55,027 nucleotides of DNA. Source: a virus (lineage: Duplodnaviria > Caudoviricetes). The position numbers were made by a program, and so were the translations under genes. The DNA lies in IMG/VR virus record IMGVR_UViG_3300030116_003984, positions 1 through 55,027 of that record; one strand, given 5' to 3'. The notes below the pieces were generated by a model that was not told where the DNA came from, searched no databases, and saw nothing but the letters and a program-made list of their open reading frames with translations. Positions 46,416 to 55,027 of this stretch are shown piece by piece. Each line of letters begins with the position of its first letter. The first letter of the stretch is position 1.

Positions 46416-46548
46416 TGAACCAACAATGAGAGATGGGGCTAGATTGTTTGCTATAATGCTAATTACAGAATTAAAAAAGCAAGGCCAACACAAGTCGGTA
46501 GAAATTGTTACAGAAACATTAAAAAAATTAAAGAAAAATGAAAGTTAA
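46405..46548 (+). CDS. 47-aa hypothetical protein
   Basis: Hand translation MKDNEPTMRDGARLFAIMLITELKK...; fills gap with overlaps. Confidence 0.5.
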   Translation: MKDNEPTMRDGARLFAIMLITELKKQGQHKSVEIVTETLKKLKKNES

Positions 46549-46798
46549 AATAATGCAAAGAAGCGTGTACCACAAGTACGCAGAAGTAGAAATAGACATA
46601 CCTGATATGGAGTGTAATGATATACACGAATACCTACTTGAAAATGAAAACCTATATACAGACAAGATAGATAAAGCAATAGATGAAGCCGAATATGAAT
46701 ATGGAAGTGGTGTAGATGATTATACTGGTATGAATGAGCCAGAATCAGATTCTGAATGGAGGTTTGAGTATGGAGATAAATACGGAGGACACTTATGA
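46538..46798 (+). CDS. Acidic hypothetical protein
   Basis: 23 of 86 residues D/E. Confidence 0.65.
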   Translation: MKVKIMQRSVYHKYAEVEIDIPDMECNDIHEYLLENENLYTDKIDKAIDEAEYEYGSGVDDYTGMNEPESDSEWRFEYGDKYGGHL

Positions 46799-46995
46799 TA
46801 AATTATACTGACACAGAGGTACATGAGATGTACCTAGATTGGTTCAACAACTTTTTATCTACTGGTAGATTTGCTGAACACTATGACCTATCAATGACAG
46901 AAGTAGAGAATGTTTTAGATAGGGGAAGAAAAATACAGGAACTAATAAATAAACAAATAGAAAATGGAAAAGAAGCACAGAACAAAGAAAGCTAA
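46795..46995 (+). CDS. Small HTH-like protein
   Basis: YLDWFNNFLS..RFAEHYDLS. Confidence 0.6.
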   Translation: MINYTDTEVHEMYLDWFNNFLSTGRFAEHYDLSMTEVENVLDRGRKIQELINKQIENGKEAQNKES

Positions 46996-47158
46996 CTGGA
47001 AGGTTTATAGAGATGAGGTTACTCATACGCTACGAACAATAGCTAAATGGATTGAAGACCCAAGGACACCAGACTATCATGATGAAGATTTGGATGTACT
47101 TTTGGATGAAGCTAAACATAATTACAAAATATATAAAAGAGAAAAAAATGGAGAATAA
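46964..47158 (+). CDS. Hypothetical protein
   Basis: Tiles operon. Confidence 0.55.
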   Translation: MEKKHRTKKANWKVYRDEVTHTLRTIAKWIEDPRTPDYHDEDLDVLLDEAKHNYKIYKREKNGE

Positions 47159-47330
47159 AAAAGAAGTAAATCGTGAAGAATTGGAAGAATTGATTGGGGA
47201 ATGCAAGAGGTATCTTGTAGAGGCAATCATGTATATAGATGCTAACCCAGAGAAAACAAGTACCAATATGCATATATGGAGAGCAAGTCTTTGGAATAGT
47301 GGTTTAATGGAAGAAATAAAAGAATACTAA
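47148..47330 (+). CDS. Hypothetical protein (start revised to 47148)
   Basis: MENKKEV start avoids a long overlap. Confidence 0.55.
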   Translation: MENKKEVNREELEELIGECKRYLVEAIMYIDANPEKTSTNMHIWRASLWNSGLMEEIKEY

Positions 47331-47331
47331 T

Positions 47332-47592
47332 ATGAGATATATAGGAATTAAGACTGAATACAAGAAACCTTTTAACGAAGCTATAATGTATAAGATGTAT
47401 GAAGTAGACAACGGATTGAAGTATCTAGGTTCATGGAATGAAGAAGAGCTGATAAAGGATTTTGAACTCGACTACGAGGGAGAGATAGAAAACGGAGCGT
47501 TCTTTTCTAATGAAGAAGATATGGTCATGGTAATCAATGTAGATGATGTGTCAAGTAGAATAAAAGAGGAAATTAAATCACTTGCACATTAA
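47332..47592 (+). CDS. Acidic hypothetical protein
   Basis: Tiles operon. Confidence 0.6.
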   Translation: MRYIGIKTEYKKPFNEAIMYKMYEVDNGLKYLGSWNEEELIKDFELDYEGEIENGAFFSNEEDMVMVINVDDVSSRIKEEIKSLAH

Positions 47593-47611
47593 AAAAATAT
47601 GTTTATATTTG
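47582..47611 (+). promoter_or_regulatory. Promoter for replication/recombination operon
   Basis: TTG-N19-TATATTTG. Confidence 0.8.
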
Positions 47612-47630
47612 CAACCCACAACAACAAATT

Positions 47631-47822
47631 ATGATAAATAAAGATGATATTCATAAGAGGTTACTTGATATAGTAGCCAACCTGCCTGATAACAAAGAGA
47701 GCAGGTCTTTAGGTTTAATTATTTCTACAATAGGTTTAGCAATTACTATCGGTAAGTTAGAAGAATTGTCAGACCTATGTGAGAAACAAAGTAAAGATTA
47801 TATTAACCAGATAATAAATTAA
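47631..47822 (+). CDS. Hypothetical protein
   Basis: First ORF after promoter. Confidence 0.6.
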   Translation: MINKDDIHKRLLDIVANLPDNKESRSLGLIISTIGLAITIGKLEELSDLCEKQSKDYINQIIN

Positions 47823-47825
47823 TTT

Positions 47826-48419
47826 ATGAAAGACAACATGAAGATTTGGAAGAGTGTCGAGAAGACAAACCCCAAATACACAAAGGCAGTTAACTTTGGA
47901 AGAAAGTTCACAACGATTAACGCACAATATCAGATAATGACTGCAACAGAGCAGTTCGGCCCCTATGGAAAAGGATGGGGTGTTCGCAATGAAGAGTTCA
48001 AAATGATATGTGATGGCTTACTATCCTACCAAGCAGATATGTTTTGGAGAGATGAAGCAGGAGAAGTAAATCATTTCTCTATCAACTCATCAATAGGAAC
48101 TCATTCAAAAGCGGGTAAGCTAGACGAAGACTGCTACAAAAAAGTATCTACGGATGCGCTTACTAAAGGATTGTCCAAGCTAGGTTTTTCTGCTGATGTA
48201 TTCCTAGGTATGTGGGATGATAACAAGTATGTCGCACAAGTCAAAGAAGAGTTTTCTGAAAAGAAAAAACCATCCGCAAAGAAGAAGATGACAAAGGAGG
48301 TTATGGATGCCATGATGAAAGCAATAGAAGATGGTAAGTCTGATGTAGTTAAGGGCAGAATGTCTTCCTACACAATGACTAAAGCACAACAGGATAAACT
48401 AACTAAAGCACTAAAGTAA
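47826..48419 (+). CDS. Rad52/Sak-like ssDNA annealing protein
   Basis: ATEQFGPYGKGWG and KKVSTDALTKGLSKLGFSADVFLG. Confidence 0.7.
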   Translation: MKDNMKIWKSVEKTNPKYTKAVNFGRKFTTINAQYQIMTATEQFGPYGKGWGVRNEEFKMICDGLLSYQADMFWRDEAGEVNHFSINSSIGTHSKAGKLDEDCYKKVSTDALTKGLSKLGFSADVFLGMWDDNKYVAQVKEEFSEKKKPSAKKKMTKEVMDAMMKAIEDGKSDVVKGRMSSYTMTKAQQDKLTKALK

Positions 48420-49198
48420 TGTTAACACAGGGAAATATTGAAGAAGAGATTATCAGACTTTCTGATGATGAAAGCTATTACGCTGATAATGAGTACATTA
48501 CAAACTCTATGTTGTCAAAACTAAACAAGAGTCCTCTTGAGCTGTATGCATACATGAATGGAGATTTGGATACAAACACACAAGCATTAAACTTTGGTAA
48601 AGCATTTCACACAGCCATACTAGAGCCAGAAAAAATGGAGAACGTTGCTGTATTTGATGGCAAGAGAAAGGTTGGTAAAGCATGGGATGTATTTCATGCA
48701 GAAAATCACGACAAGATAATACTCACTCAAGATGAGATGACTACACTTGAAAGTATGTTTGCTAGATTAAGCTCTAACCCTATGGCTTGTGAGCATATGA
48801 TGTTAGATGATAAATCAACTCAAACAGAGATAGTAAACATATGGGAGAATAATGGTTTGTATTGTAAAGGTAAAGCTGATATTGTAAACTACGACAAAGG
48901 AGTTATGGTTGACTTGAAGACCACATCAAACGCATCACCAAGAGAGTTTGAGAGAAGCGTTTACAAGTATGGTTATCACAGGCAGGCGGCCTACTACCTA
49001 GATGGATTTGGGTTAGAAAAGTTTACCATTGTTGCAATAGAAAAGAAGTTCCCATTTAACATGGGTGTCTACACTTTATCTGATGAAACAATACAGAAAG
49101 GTAGAGAGGAGATTGAGGACTTAATGAAAGAGTACCACACAAGATTTATTATTGAAGAATTTAACCCCGATGAGTATTGTTATTGGGAAACTATTTAA
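48419..49198 (+). CDS. RecE/exonuclease VIII-like PD-(D/E)XK nuclease (DUF3799-like)
   Basis: FGKAFHTAILEP, CKGKADI, DLKTT, YGYHRQAAYY. Confidence 0.8.
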   Translation: MLTQGNIEEEIIRLSDDESYYADNEYITNSMLSKLNKSPLELYAYMNGDLDTNTQALNFGKAFHTAILEPEKMENVAVFDGKRKVGKAWDVFHAENHDKIILTQDEMTTLESMFARLSSNPMACEHMMLDDKSTQTEIVNIWENNGLYCKGKADIVNYDKGVMVDLKTTSNASPREFERSVYKYGYHRQAAYYLDGFGLEKFTIVAIEKKFPFNMGVYTLSDETIQKGREEIEDLMKEYHTRFIIEEFNPDEYCYWETI

Positions 49199-49200
49199 AT

Positions 49201-49665
49201 ATGGATGATACGCTAACTGGCATACTCCGAGATGTCTGCATGGTTTTAGATGTAGATGTTTCGGATGTTATGGGAAAAACAAGAACAAGAGACCTGGTAG
49301 AAGCCAGGGTTATTTACGCTAATATAGCTAGGATGTACACATATCACACGCTTACAGATATTGGCAATACGATAGGTAAAGACCACTCGTCTATTGTGCA
49401 CTATGAAAAAACGCACAACGACCTATCAAAGTATGATAAAGAATATCAACAAAAAATTAGAGACTGCAAAGCTGTTGTAGTTCCTAGAAAAAAAATACAA
49501 GAGTCAAAGTTAAGGTGTTTGATTGATAGAGTTTATTACAGAAATCAGTTTTTACAAAATAGATTAGTAGATGCTTTACAAGAAAATGAAAAACTAAAAT
49601 CTCTAATTAAAGAAAAGTCTAATGCACTTAATGTTTTACAGGAAAGTTTTACACAAAGTTTGTAA
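49201..49665 (+). CDS. DnaA C-terminal-like HTH protein with coiled coil
   Basis: RTRDLVEAR...LTDIGNTIGKDHSSIVH; ATG at 49201. Confidence 0.7.
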   Translation: MDDTLTGILRDVCMVLDVDVSDVMGKTRTRDLVEARVIYANIARMYTYHTLTDIGNTIGKDHSSIVHYEKTHNDLSKYDKEYQQKIRDCKAVVVPRKKIQESKLRCLIDRVYYRNQFLQNRLVDALQENEKLKSLIKEKSNALNVLQESFTQSL

Positions 49666-49918
49666 AGATAAAGACTTGAAAAGAGTTGATGTGGAGTTAC
49701 TGCTATTTGGCAGTGGCCTAGATTACTTTTCTCAAAACAATCTATTCAACCACTTTCCTGCTTCAAGAACAACAATCATACATAGTCTACAAAGACTTAC
49801 TGAAGAGGGTTACCTCAAGATTGTTAGACAAAGAAGCAAGCATAAGTCAAGATTATACAGAATTTCTGGAAAGTCCAGAAGAATAACAAATGAAATTTAT
49901 AACCAATTATCAAATTAA
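49622..49918 (+). CDS. Winged-helix (MarR-like) protein
   Basis: SRTTIIHSLQRLTEEGYL...RLYRIS.K. Confidence 0.6.
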   Translation: MHLMFYRKVLHKVCKDKDLKRVDVELLLFGSGLDYFSQNNLFNHFPASRTTIIHSLQRLTEEGYLKIVRQRSKHKSRLYRISGKSRRITNEIYNQLSN

Positions 49919-49921
49919 ATT

Positions 49922-50197
49922 ATGTCAGACAAGAAAATTTATGTAGGAAACGGAACTGAAAAGTTCAACGGAGACTTAGTAGAGTTCTCTGTAAATTTAA
50001 GTAGAATTACAAAGGAGGCATCAGAGCACATCTTTGAATATAACGGAGAGAAGTTTATTAAACTTGTTGTAGCAAAGAAACAAGGCGGAGCTGATGACTA
50101 CGGAAAGACGCACTATGTAAAGGTGGACACCTTCAAACCAAAAGCACAAGCTGAACCAGCTGTGGTTGAGGAAGAAGAGGATGACTTACCTTTCTAG
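49922..50197 (+). CDS. ssb: Single-stranded DNA-binding protein
   Basis: YGKTHYV.VDTFKP and acidic tail EEEEDDLPF. Confidence 0.6.
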   Translation: MSDKKIYVGNGTEKFNGDLVEFSVNLSRITKEASEHIFEYNGEKFIKLVVAKKQGGADDYGKTHYVKVDTFKPKAQAEPAVVEEEEDDLPF

Positions 50198-50219
50198 TCA
50201 CTATGTTAATAATGTTAAT

Positions 50220-50243
50220 CGAGGGGTGAAAGCCCCTCGTTTT
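50220..50243 (+). terminator. Terminator hairpin after ssb
   Basis: CGAGGGG-TGAAAG-CCCCTCG-TTTT. Confidence 0.7.
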
Positions 50244-50254
50244 AGCCCTTCATC

Positions 50255-50461
50255 ATGATAAAAAAAATTAAATATAGAGAGCCAAAAGAAAAGCTAGAGA
50301 TACCTAAAGTAATTAGAGAGGATATATCGTATTACCTAATGACTGGATGGGTTCATAGATATAGTCAAGATAGAGCTCTTGAATTACTAAATAGTAGGAG
50401 ATACTACACAAGAATATACGAATATGAAAACAGAGGAACTAATACAGAAGGTTGGGAATGA
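50255..50461 (+). CDS. Hypothetical protein
   Basis: Tiles operon. Confidence 0.5.
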   Translation: MIKKIKYREPKEKLEIPKVIREDISYYLMTGWVHRYSQDRALELLNSRRYYTRIYEYENRGTNTEGWE

Positions 50462-50738
50462 GGTAATTGAATTACTCATATCAAAGAACAGGTCTTATGG
50501 AGACAGCGCTACTAATCCATGCAACATCTTTTCTAAAGGTAGTGCGATTGATAGCTTATGTGCAAGACTTGATGATAAGTTAATGAGGATAAAAAATAAA
50601 GGCATTAATGACGAAACAGAGGATACTGTACAGGATATAATAGGTTACCTTATATTGCTAAAGGTTGCCATGTTAAAGGATAAAGAATCTTATGAAAAGC
50701 TTTTAGAAAAACAAGGGTATAATTATGTCCAAGGATAA
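50424..50738 (+). CDS. Nucleotide-modification-associated helical protein (DUF1599-like)
   Basis: KNRSYGDS...RLDDKLMRI...EDTVQDIIGYLIL. Confidence 0.7.
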   Translation: MKTEELIQKVGNEVIELLISKNRSYGDSATNPCNIFSKGSAIDSLCARLDDKLMRIKNKGINDETEDTVQDIIGYLILLKVAMLKDKESYEKLLEKQGYNYVQG

Positions 50739-51096
50739 TTGTAAAGGATACGTTAGAATACCTAATGCCATAAAATGCGATAATAGATTAACCGCTATGG
50801 CTAGGCTTTTGTATGGTGATATTCTATCACTATCATCATCATCAGGTTGCTATGCAGGTAACAAATACTTTAGTAACACATACTCCTGCTCAATCAAAAC
50901 CATATCAAGAGCTATAAAGCAATTAGAAGAGTATGGATATATTCAAATAGAAAACAACAACAACTCCAAAAGATATATAATACCATTACTTAATACAGAG
51001 ACAAAAATGTCCAAGTACAAGGACAAAGGTGTCTCACATAATAAGAATAATAAAAAAGGTTTTATTAACGTAGATGGAGAACAAATTTATGTATAA
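50725..51096 (+). CDS. Short replication-initiator-type wHTH protein (HTH_36-like)
   Basis: ARLLYGDI.SL...GCYAGNKYF...TISRAIKQLEEYGYI. Confidence 0.7.
   Translation: MSKDNCKGYVRIPNAIKCDNRLTAMARLLYGDILSLSSSSGCYAGNKYFSNTYSCSIKTISRAIKQLEEYGYIQIENNNNSKRYIIPLLNTETKMSKYKDKGVSHNKNNKKGFINVDGEQIYV
51000..51033. repeat. Iteron-like pair GACA-N4-TGTC, 22 bp apart, inside the initiator gene
   Basis: GACAAAAATGTC at 51000 and GACAAAGGTGTC at 51022. Confidence 0.65.
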
Positions 51097-52844
51097 TGGA
51101 AGGATTCAGTAAACACGGCATTATTTTAAAAAGAACATCTGGACAAACTAAAGTAAAGTGTCCAAAGTGTTCCCACACACGTAAGAAAAAATCAGAGCCA
51201 TGCTTGTCCGTGAACATAGATGAAGGTGTTTGGAATTGTCACAACTGCGGATGGAGCGGTAGTTTAAATAGGGGATATACTAAAACAAAAATATACGATA
51301 AACCAGAATGGAATAATAGCACTGGGTTATCTGATAATCTTGTTAAATGGTTTAGAGATAGAGGTATATCTCAAAAGGTTTTAATAAGAAATAAAGTAAC
51401 TGAAAGCGAAGAATACTTTCCGCAAGTTGAAGGAAATAGGAATGCAATAAACTTTAATTACTTCAAAGATGGAGAACTTGTCAATGTAAAATACAGAGAT
51501 GGCAAGAAAAACTTTAAGATGTTTAAAAACGGAGAGCCTACATTTTATGGTATAGATGATATTAAAGAACATAACACATGTATAATTGTAGAGGGAGAGA
51601 TTGATAAGTTAGCTTTTGAAGAGGCAGGTTATGTAAACTGCATATCAGTTCCAAACGGAGCTTCAGATAAGAAAATGGACTTCCTGGAAAATAGCATAGA
51701 ATACTTTGAAGAGCTTGATAAAATCTTCATAGCCGTAGATAATGATGAAAAAGGAGTTGCTTTAGAAAAAGAGTTATCTAGAAGGCTGGGTAGAGATAGA
51801 TGCCTAAGAGTTATATTTCCTGATGATTGTAAAGATGTAAATGATGTTCTTATGAAACATGGTCAGGTAGAGGTTGATGAATGTATAAATAATGCTGAAC
51901 CCTACCCTATTGAAGGAATACTTACAGTGCAAGGGATTGAAGATGATATTGATAGACTATATGATAACGGCCTTCAAAGTGGACTAAAAGTTGGTCATGA
52001 CAAGTTTGATAAACTATTTACATTTGTTACATCACAATTAACAGTTATTACTGGTGTTCCTACACATGGTAAATCACATTTTCTTGAGCACTTATGTATG
52101 AGACTTTCAGCACAACACGGATGGAAGTTCGGTGTATTTTCACCAGAGCACTTTCCTGTTCAACTACATTTCTCATCACTAGCAGAAAAGTATATTGGTA
52201 AATCTTTTGGAGACAGATTTATAACAAAAACAGAGATGTATACAAAGGAAAAGAAAAGAGTACTTTGCGATAGAATGGATAGGACAGAGTTGGCAAAAGC
52301 AAAAGAGTTTATCAATGAGCACTACTTTTGGATTCGACCCGACACAGACAATGATACGTTTACCATAGATGATATTTTGAAATCAGCTAAATCATTGATA
52401 ATGAGATATGGTATCAACGCTTTAATAATAGACCCGTATAATAAAATATCACACAAGATTGATGGCGCTACCAGCGAAACAAACTATGTAAATGAGTTTT
52501 TAACTAAGCTAACTATATTCAAACAGAAGTATGACATACACATATTCCTTGTTGCTCATCCAAGAAAAATGATGAAAGGACAAGATGGCTCATACGATAT
52601 ACCCACGCTATATGATATTGCTGGTTCTGCAAACTTTTACAATCAAGTAGATAATGGAATAACGGTTTACAGGAATATGGCTAACAGAACCACTACAGCT
52701 TATATACAAAAAGTTAAATTTAGACACATAGGAAGTCTTGGTTCTGCAGACTTTAGGTATAACTTACAAAACGGCAGATACACAGCAGAAAATGAATCAG
52801 AAGATAATATGATTTACATGAAAGAACAAGACTTCATCATATGA
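51096..52844 (+). CDS. Primase-helicase (T7 gp4/Twinkle-like)
   Basis: CPKC...CHNC zinc finger; TOPRIM EGEIDK, DND, KDVND; Walker A GVPTHGKS; IIDPYN; LVAHPRK. Confidence 0.9.
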   Translation: MEGFSKHGIILKRTSGQTKVKCPKCSHTRKKKSEPCLSVNIDEGVWNCHNCGWSGSLNRGYTKTKIYDKPEWNNSTGLSDNLVKWFRDRGISQKVLIRNKVTESEEYFPQVEGNRNAINFNYFKDGELVNVKYRDGKKNFKMFKNGEPTFYGIDDIKEHNTCIIVEGEIDKLAFEEAGYVNCISVPNGASDKKMDFLENSIEYFEELDKIFIAVDNDEKGVALEKELSRRLGRDRCLRVIFPDDCKDVNDVLMKHGQVEVDECINNAEPYPIEGILTVQGIEDDIDRLYDNGLQSGLKVGHDKFDKLFTFVTSQLTVITGVPTHGKSHFLEHLCMRLSAQHGWKFGVFSPEHFPVQLHFSSLAEKYIGKSFGDRFITKTEMYTKEKKRVLCDRMDRTELAKAKEFINEHYFWIRPDTDNDTFTIDDILKSAKSLIMRYGINALIIDPYNKISHKIDGATSETNYVNEFLTKLTIFKQKYDIHIFLVAHPRKMMKGQDGSYDIPTLYDIAGSANFYNQVDNGITVYRNMANRTTTAYIQKVKFRHIGSLGSADFRYNLQNGRYTAENESEDNMIYMKEQDFII

Positions 52845-53341
52845 AAAAAGAAGAAGACTTTGATAGAGACCTCGGCTTAGGAGAGTTGGGAGAAAAAATA
52901 ATAATGATATATTTATTTTGTAATGGATACAAAAACCTCAAAATCACAGAAGGATACTTCAAGGAATATGACATATCTGGAACAAGCCCGAAAACTAACT
53001 CCGAAGTGTTTTACGAAGTCAAAACAGACGACTACTGCACAGAAAATTCAGATACTGGTAATATGGCCATAGAGATAGAGTATAAAAAAAAACCAAGCGG
53101 AATCACTTGCACTAAAGCAGATGTTTTCGTATATTACTATTATCATTTAAGCGTAGACAATTTGTGGATGATAAAAGTAGACGACTTAAAGAAATTGATA
53201 AAAGACAACTACAAAAAGTATAATTTTAAGATTGTACAAGGCGGGGATAACAACGATAGTAAATTAATTCTTTTGCCAAGAAAATACTTCAAAAAATATT
53301 TTTACATTGACACTATAAATAAAACTAAAACAGATGGATAA
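52841..53341 (+). CDS. PD-(D/E)XK nuclease-family protein
   Basis: G..GE, YDI, EVKTD, TGNMAIE. Confidence 0.6.
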   Translation: MKKEEDFDRDLGLGELGEKIIMIYLFCNGYKNLKITEGYFKEYDISGTSPKTNSEVFYEVKTDDYCTENSDTGNMAIEIEYKKKPSGITCTKADVFVYYYYHLSVDNLWMIKVDDLKKLIKDNYKKYNFKIVQGGDNNDSKLILLPRKYFKKYFYIDTINKTKTDG

Positions 53342-53606
53342 TTCAACAAAAAGAGCTATACTGATAGGTGTATATGATTCATTGATGGAAACATTTCACC
53401 CTAAAGCAAAAAGAAACGTCATGCAGTCAAAGTTAACTTATGAGCAAGAACTGTATTTAAGAAATTTAAAAGTTAACATAGAAGAGATTTTAAGCAAACC
53501 AGAAAAGATAGACAGGGTTATTAATTATTTTTCTAACACAGAAGAATATGAAGTTTGTACAGACCTAGCTGAAATAAAAAACGCTATAGAAGAAAATGCC
53601 TCGTAA
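53334..53606 (+). CDS. Hypothetical protein with UVR-like motif
   Basis: EEYEVC..LAEI. Confidence 0.55.
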   Translation: MDNSTKRAILIGVYDSLMETFHPKAKRNVMQSKLTYEQELYLRNLKVNIEEILSKPEKIDRVINYFSNTEEYEVCTDLAEIKNAIEENAS

Positions 53607-53970
53607 AGAATGGATATTCATACCAGGAAACGTCCCGTCTAGTAAAAATTCTAAACGTTGGACTGGTAAGATGTTAATTCATTCAAAGACAACAATGAAC
53701 TATATAAAGGCATCTAAAGGATTTTATATTGAAAACAAGTGTTACTTCCAGAAAATGATTGAAGGAAAGGAGAAGCCTTACAAAGTGTCTTTTACGTTCA
53801 TTAGAGGTTCAAAAAGAAAGTTTGATTATGTCAACCCATTGCAAACAGTTCAAGACCTTATGGTTAAAAATAAATGGATTGAAGATGATAATTGTGATAA
53901 TATAATTCCTATATTTGAACCCTATCAATATGATAAAGAAAACCCAGGAGTAATAATAAAAGTTTTATGA
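53596..53970 (+). CDS. RusA-like Holliday junction resolvase
   Basis: VPSSKNS, RKFDYVN, QDLMV...IEDDN, DKENP. Confidence 0.7.
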   Translation: MPRKEWIFIPGNVPSSKNSKRWTGKMLIHSKTTMNYIKASKGFYIENKCYFQKMIEGKEKPYKVSFTFIRGSKRKFDYVNPLQTVQDLMVKNKWIEDDNCDNIIPIFEPYQYDKENPGVIIKVL

Positions 53971-54158
53971 AAGCAATAATTACAGTTGAAATAAATGAGG
54001 AAGGATTATCAAAAGAGATAAAGAAAAAAGTTTTAATAGATTTGCTTTATAACGAATGTTTCGATTGGGTAAACATGGACAAACCTCCAAAAGTCCAATT
54101 CTTTTACGATGAGTCAGACGAGAACATTGATGAAGACCTTGATGGTTTAATCGAGTAG
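53967..54158 (+). CDS. Hypothetical protein
   Basis: ATGA overlap; last plus-strand gene. Confidence 0.55.
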   Translation: MKAIITVEINEEGLSKEIKKKVLIDLLYNECFDWVNMDKPPKVQFFYDESDENIDEDLDGLIE

Positions 54159-54764
54159 AAGTCCGCCTAGAACACCGACACCTATTGCAAACCCTTGCGT
54201 TTGGTACCATTTCTTTTCTTTCTTTATAGTGTAGTTTTGAATATTTACGTTCTGAATGTAGGGGTTTGTATTATCTACCATTACTGAGAACTCAGTTCCT
54301 TTTGAGATTCCAGTCCATCCTCTAATTTTTTTATCACCAACAATTATTGTTTGTGTGTTAGGTATTGATAAAGAATTTAAAGTAAAGCTCTTTTCAGTGA
54401 ACGTGCAGCTAAGATTGTAAAATGTGGAGTCAATATCAACATTGCCAGTAAAAGAACCATCATTGCCAACAACAATGCTATTGTCGTATTCAACAACCAC
54501 TGTATCAATGACCGTTTTAGTAATAACCTTTGTAACAGACTCAACATTTTTAAATTCATTTAACTTTATTTTTAGTTCTTTATTTTGATTTTTTAAATCA
54601 TTCAACACAGATTCATTCATGCGTATAGCCTCATCCTTGCCATCTACAATCTTCAGAACACTATCATACTTGCTTTTCCATGACATTATTTCCGTGTAGG
54701 CATACGCTCCAGCAGCTAAAAATAAAAGTAATAATAGTATATTAAAATATTTTGTCATTTCCAC
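54147..54764 (-). CDS. Membrane-anchored coiled-coil protein (spanin-like lysis accessory candidate)
   Basis: N-terminal TM, coiled coil, NTNPY, C-terminal KWY...hydrophobic tail. Confidence 0.5.
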   Translation of the reverse strand: MEMTKYFNILLLLLFLAAGAYAYTEIMSWKSKYDSVLKIVDGKDEAIRMNESVLNDLKNQNKELKIKLNEFKNVESVTKVITKTVIDTVVVEYDNSIVVGNDGSFTGNVDIDSTFYNLSCTFTEKSFTLNSLSIPNTQTIIVGDKKIRGWTGISKGTEFSVMVDNTNPYIQNVNIQNYTIKKEKKWYQTQGFAIGVGVLGGLLLD

Positions 54765-55027
54765 TCAAATCTTTTTCCTAAATTCATTGGAACAAAAATT
54801 GCTGTACGACCTTCATCCAGAACGACACCACACCCTAACGTAGGTTTCTTTGGGAATGTTCTTCCATATGAAAAAGCCATATGGTCTACTGATATTCCGC
54901 ATCCTACATTCATTCCAAAAATCATATCATTTCTAGACGCCATATAGTTAACACCTCCGAAACTATGACTATGCCCTATAACAGTAGATTGTCTATTTGC
55001 TATAGCTCTATTTCTAGCAGCGTTTGC
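54755..55027 (-). CDS. Calcineurin-like metallophosphoesterase, 5'-truncated by window edge
   Basis: Frame open to the edge: ANAARNRAIANRQSTVIGHSHSFGGVNYM...MNVGCG. Confidence 0.7.
   Translation of the reverse strand, partial: ANAARNRAIANRQSTVIGHSHSFGGVNYMASRNDMIFGMNVGCGISVDHMAFSYGRTFPKKPTLGCGVVLDEGRTAIFVPMNLGKRFEWK

Noticed and set aside
41852-46450. TAG stop-codon reassignment as the cause of CTAG excess
   Set aside because: Genes tile fully in code 11, TAG acts as a real stop, and most CTAG are CTA-G or out of frame; no suppressor tRNA seen
50089-50110. Second hammerhead core (CTGATGA...GAAA)
   Set aside because: Inside ssb coding sequence with no supporting stems
1-55027. Prophage, integrase or canonical tRNA genes
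   Set aside because: No integrase, repressor pair, host genes or TTCGAAT-type tRNA arm recognised

Overview
A 55 kb AT-rich stretch of a lytic-looking podovirus genome. The host is a Bacteroidota member, probably Flavobacteriia, because TTG-N19/20-TAnnTTTG promoters precede most operons and leaders are A-rich without Shine-Dalgarno sequences. The minus strand from 37.5 kb to base 1 carries a crAss-like morphogenesis module: small and large terminase, tandem GroES-like chaperonin, portal, scaffold, major capsid, Cys-rich hub-like proteins, fibres, three ring proteins, a split tail muzzle protein with adhesin repeats, two ejection proteins, and a giant (>2480 aa) zincin-containing cargo protein that the ORF track missed because it runs off the left edge. 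The plus strand carries eight tiny Lys/Arg-rich genes (39.4-40.9 kb), a ~970 bp non-coding region, about 25 small early genes, and a recombination/replication module (Sak, RecE-like nuclease, SSB, primase-helicase, RusA-like resolvase). The most unusual part is 40.9-42.2 kb: palindromic 22-bp repeats, a host-type promoter, a ~420 nt highly structured RNA ending in a tRNA-like four-way junction, one small gene, and a canonical hammerhead ribozyme with an extra domain in stem III. The whole early region is strongly enriched in CTAG, while GATC appears absent from the window. All calls come from reading by eye and recalled family motifs; no searches or folding programs were run, and counts are hand counts.
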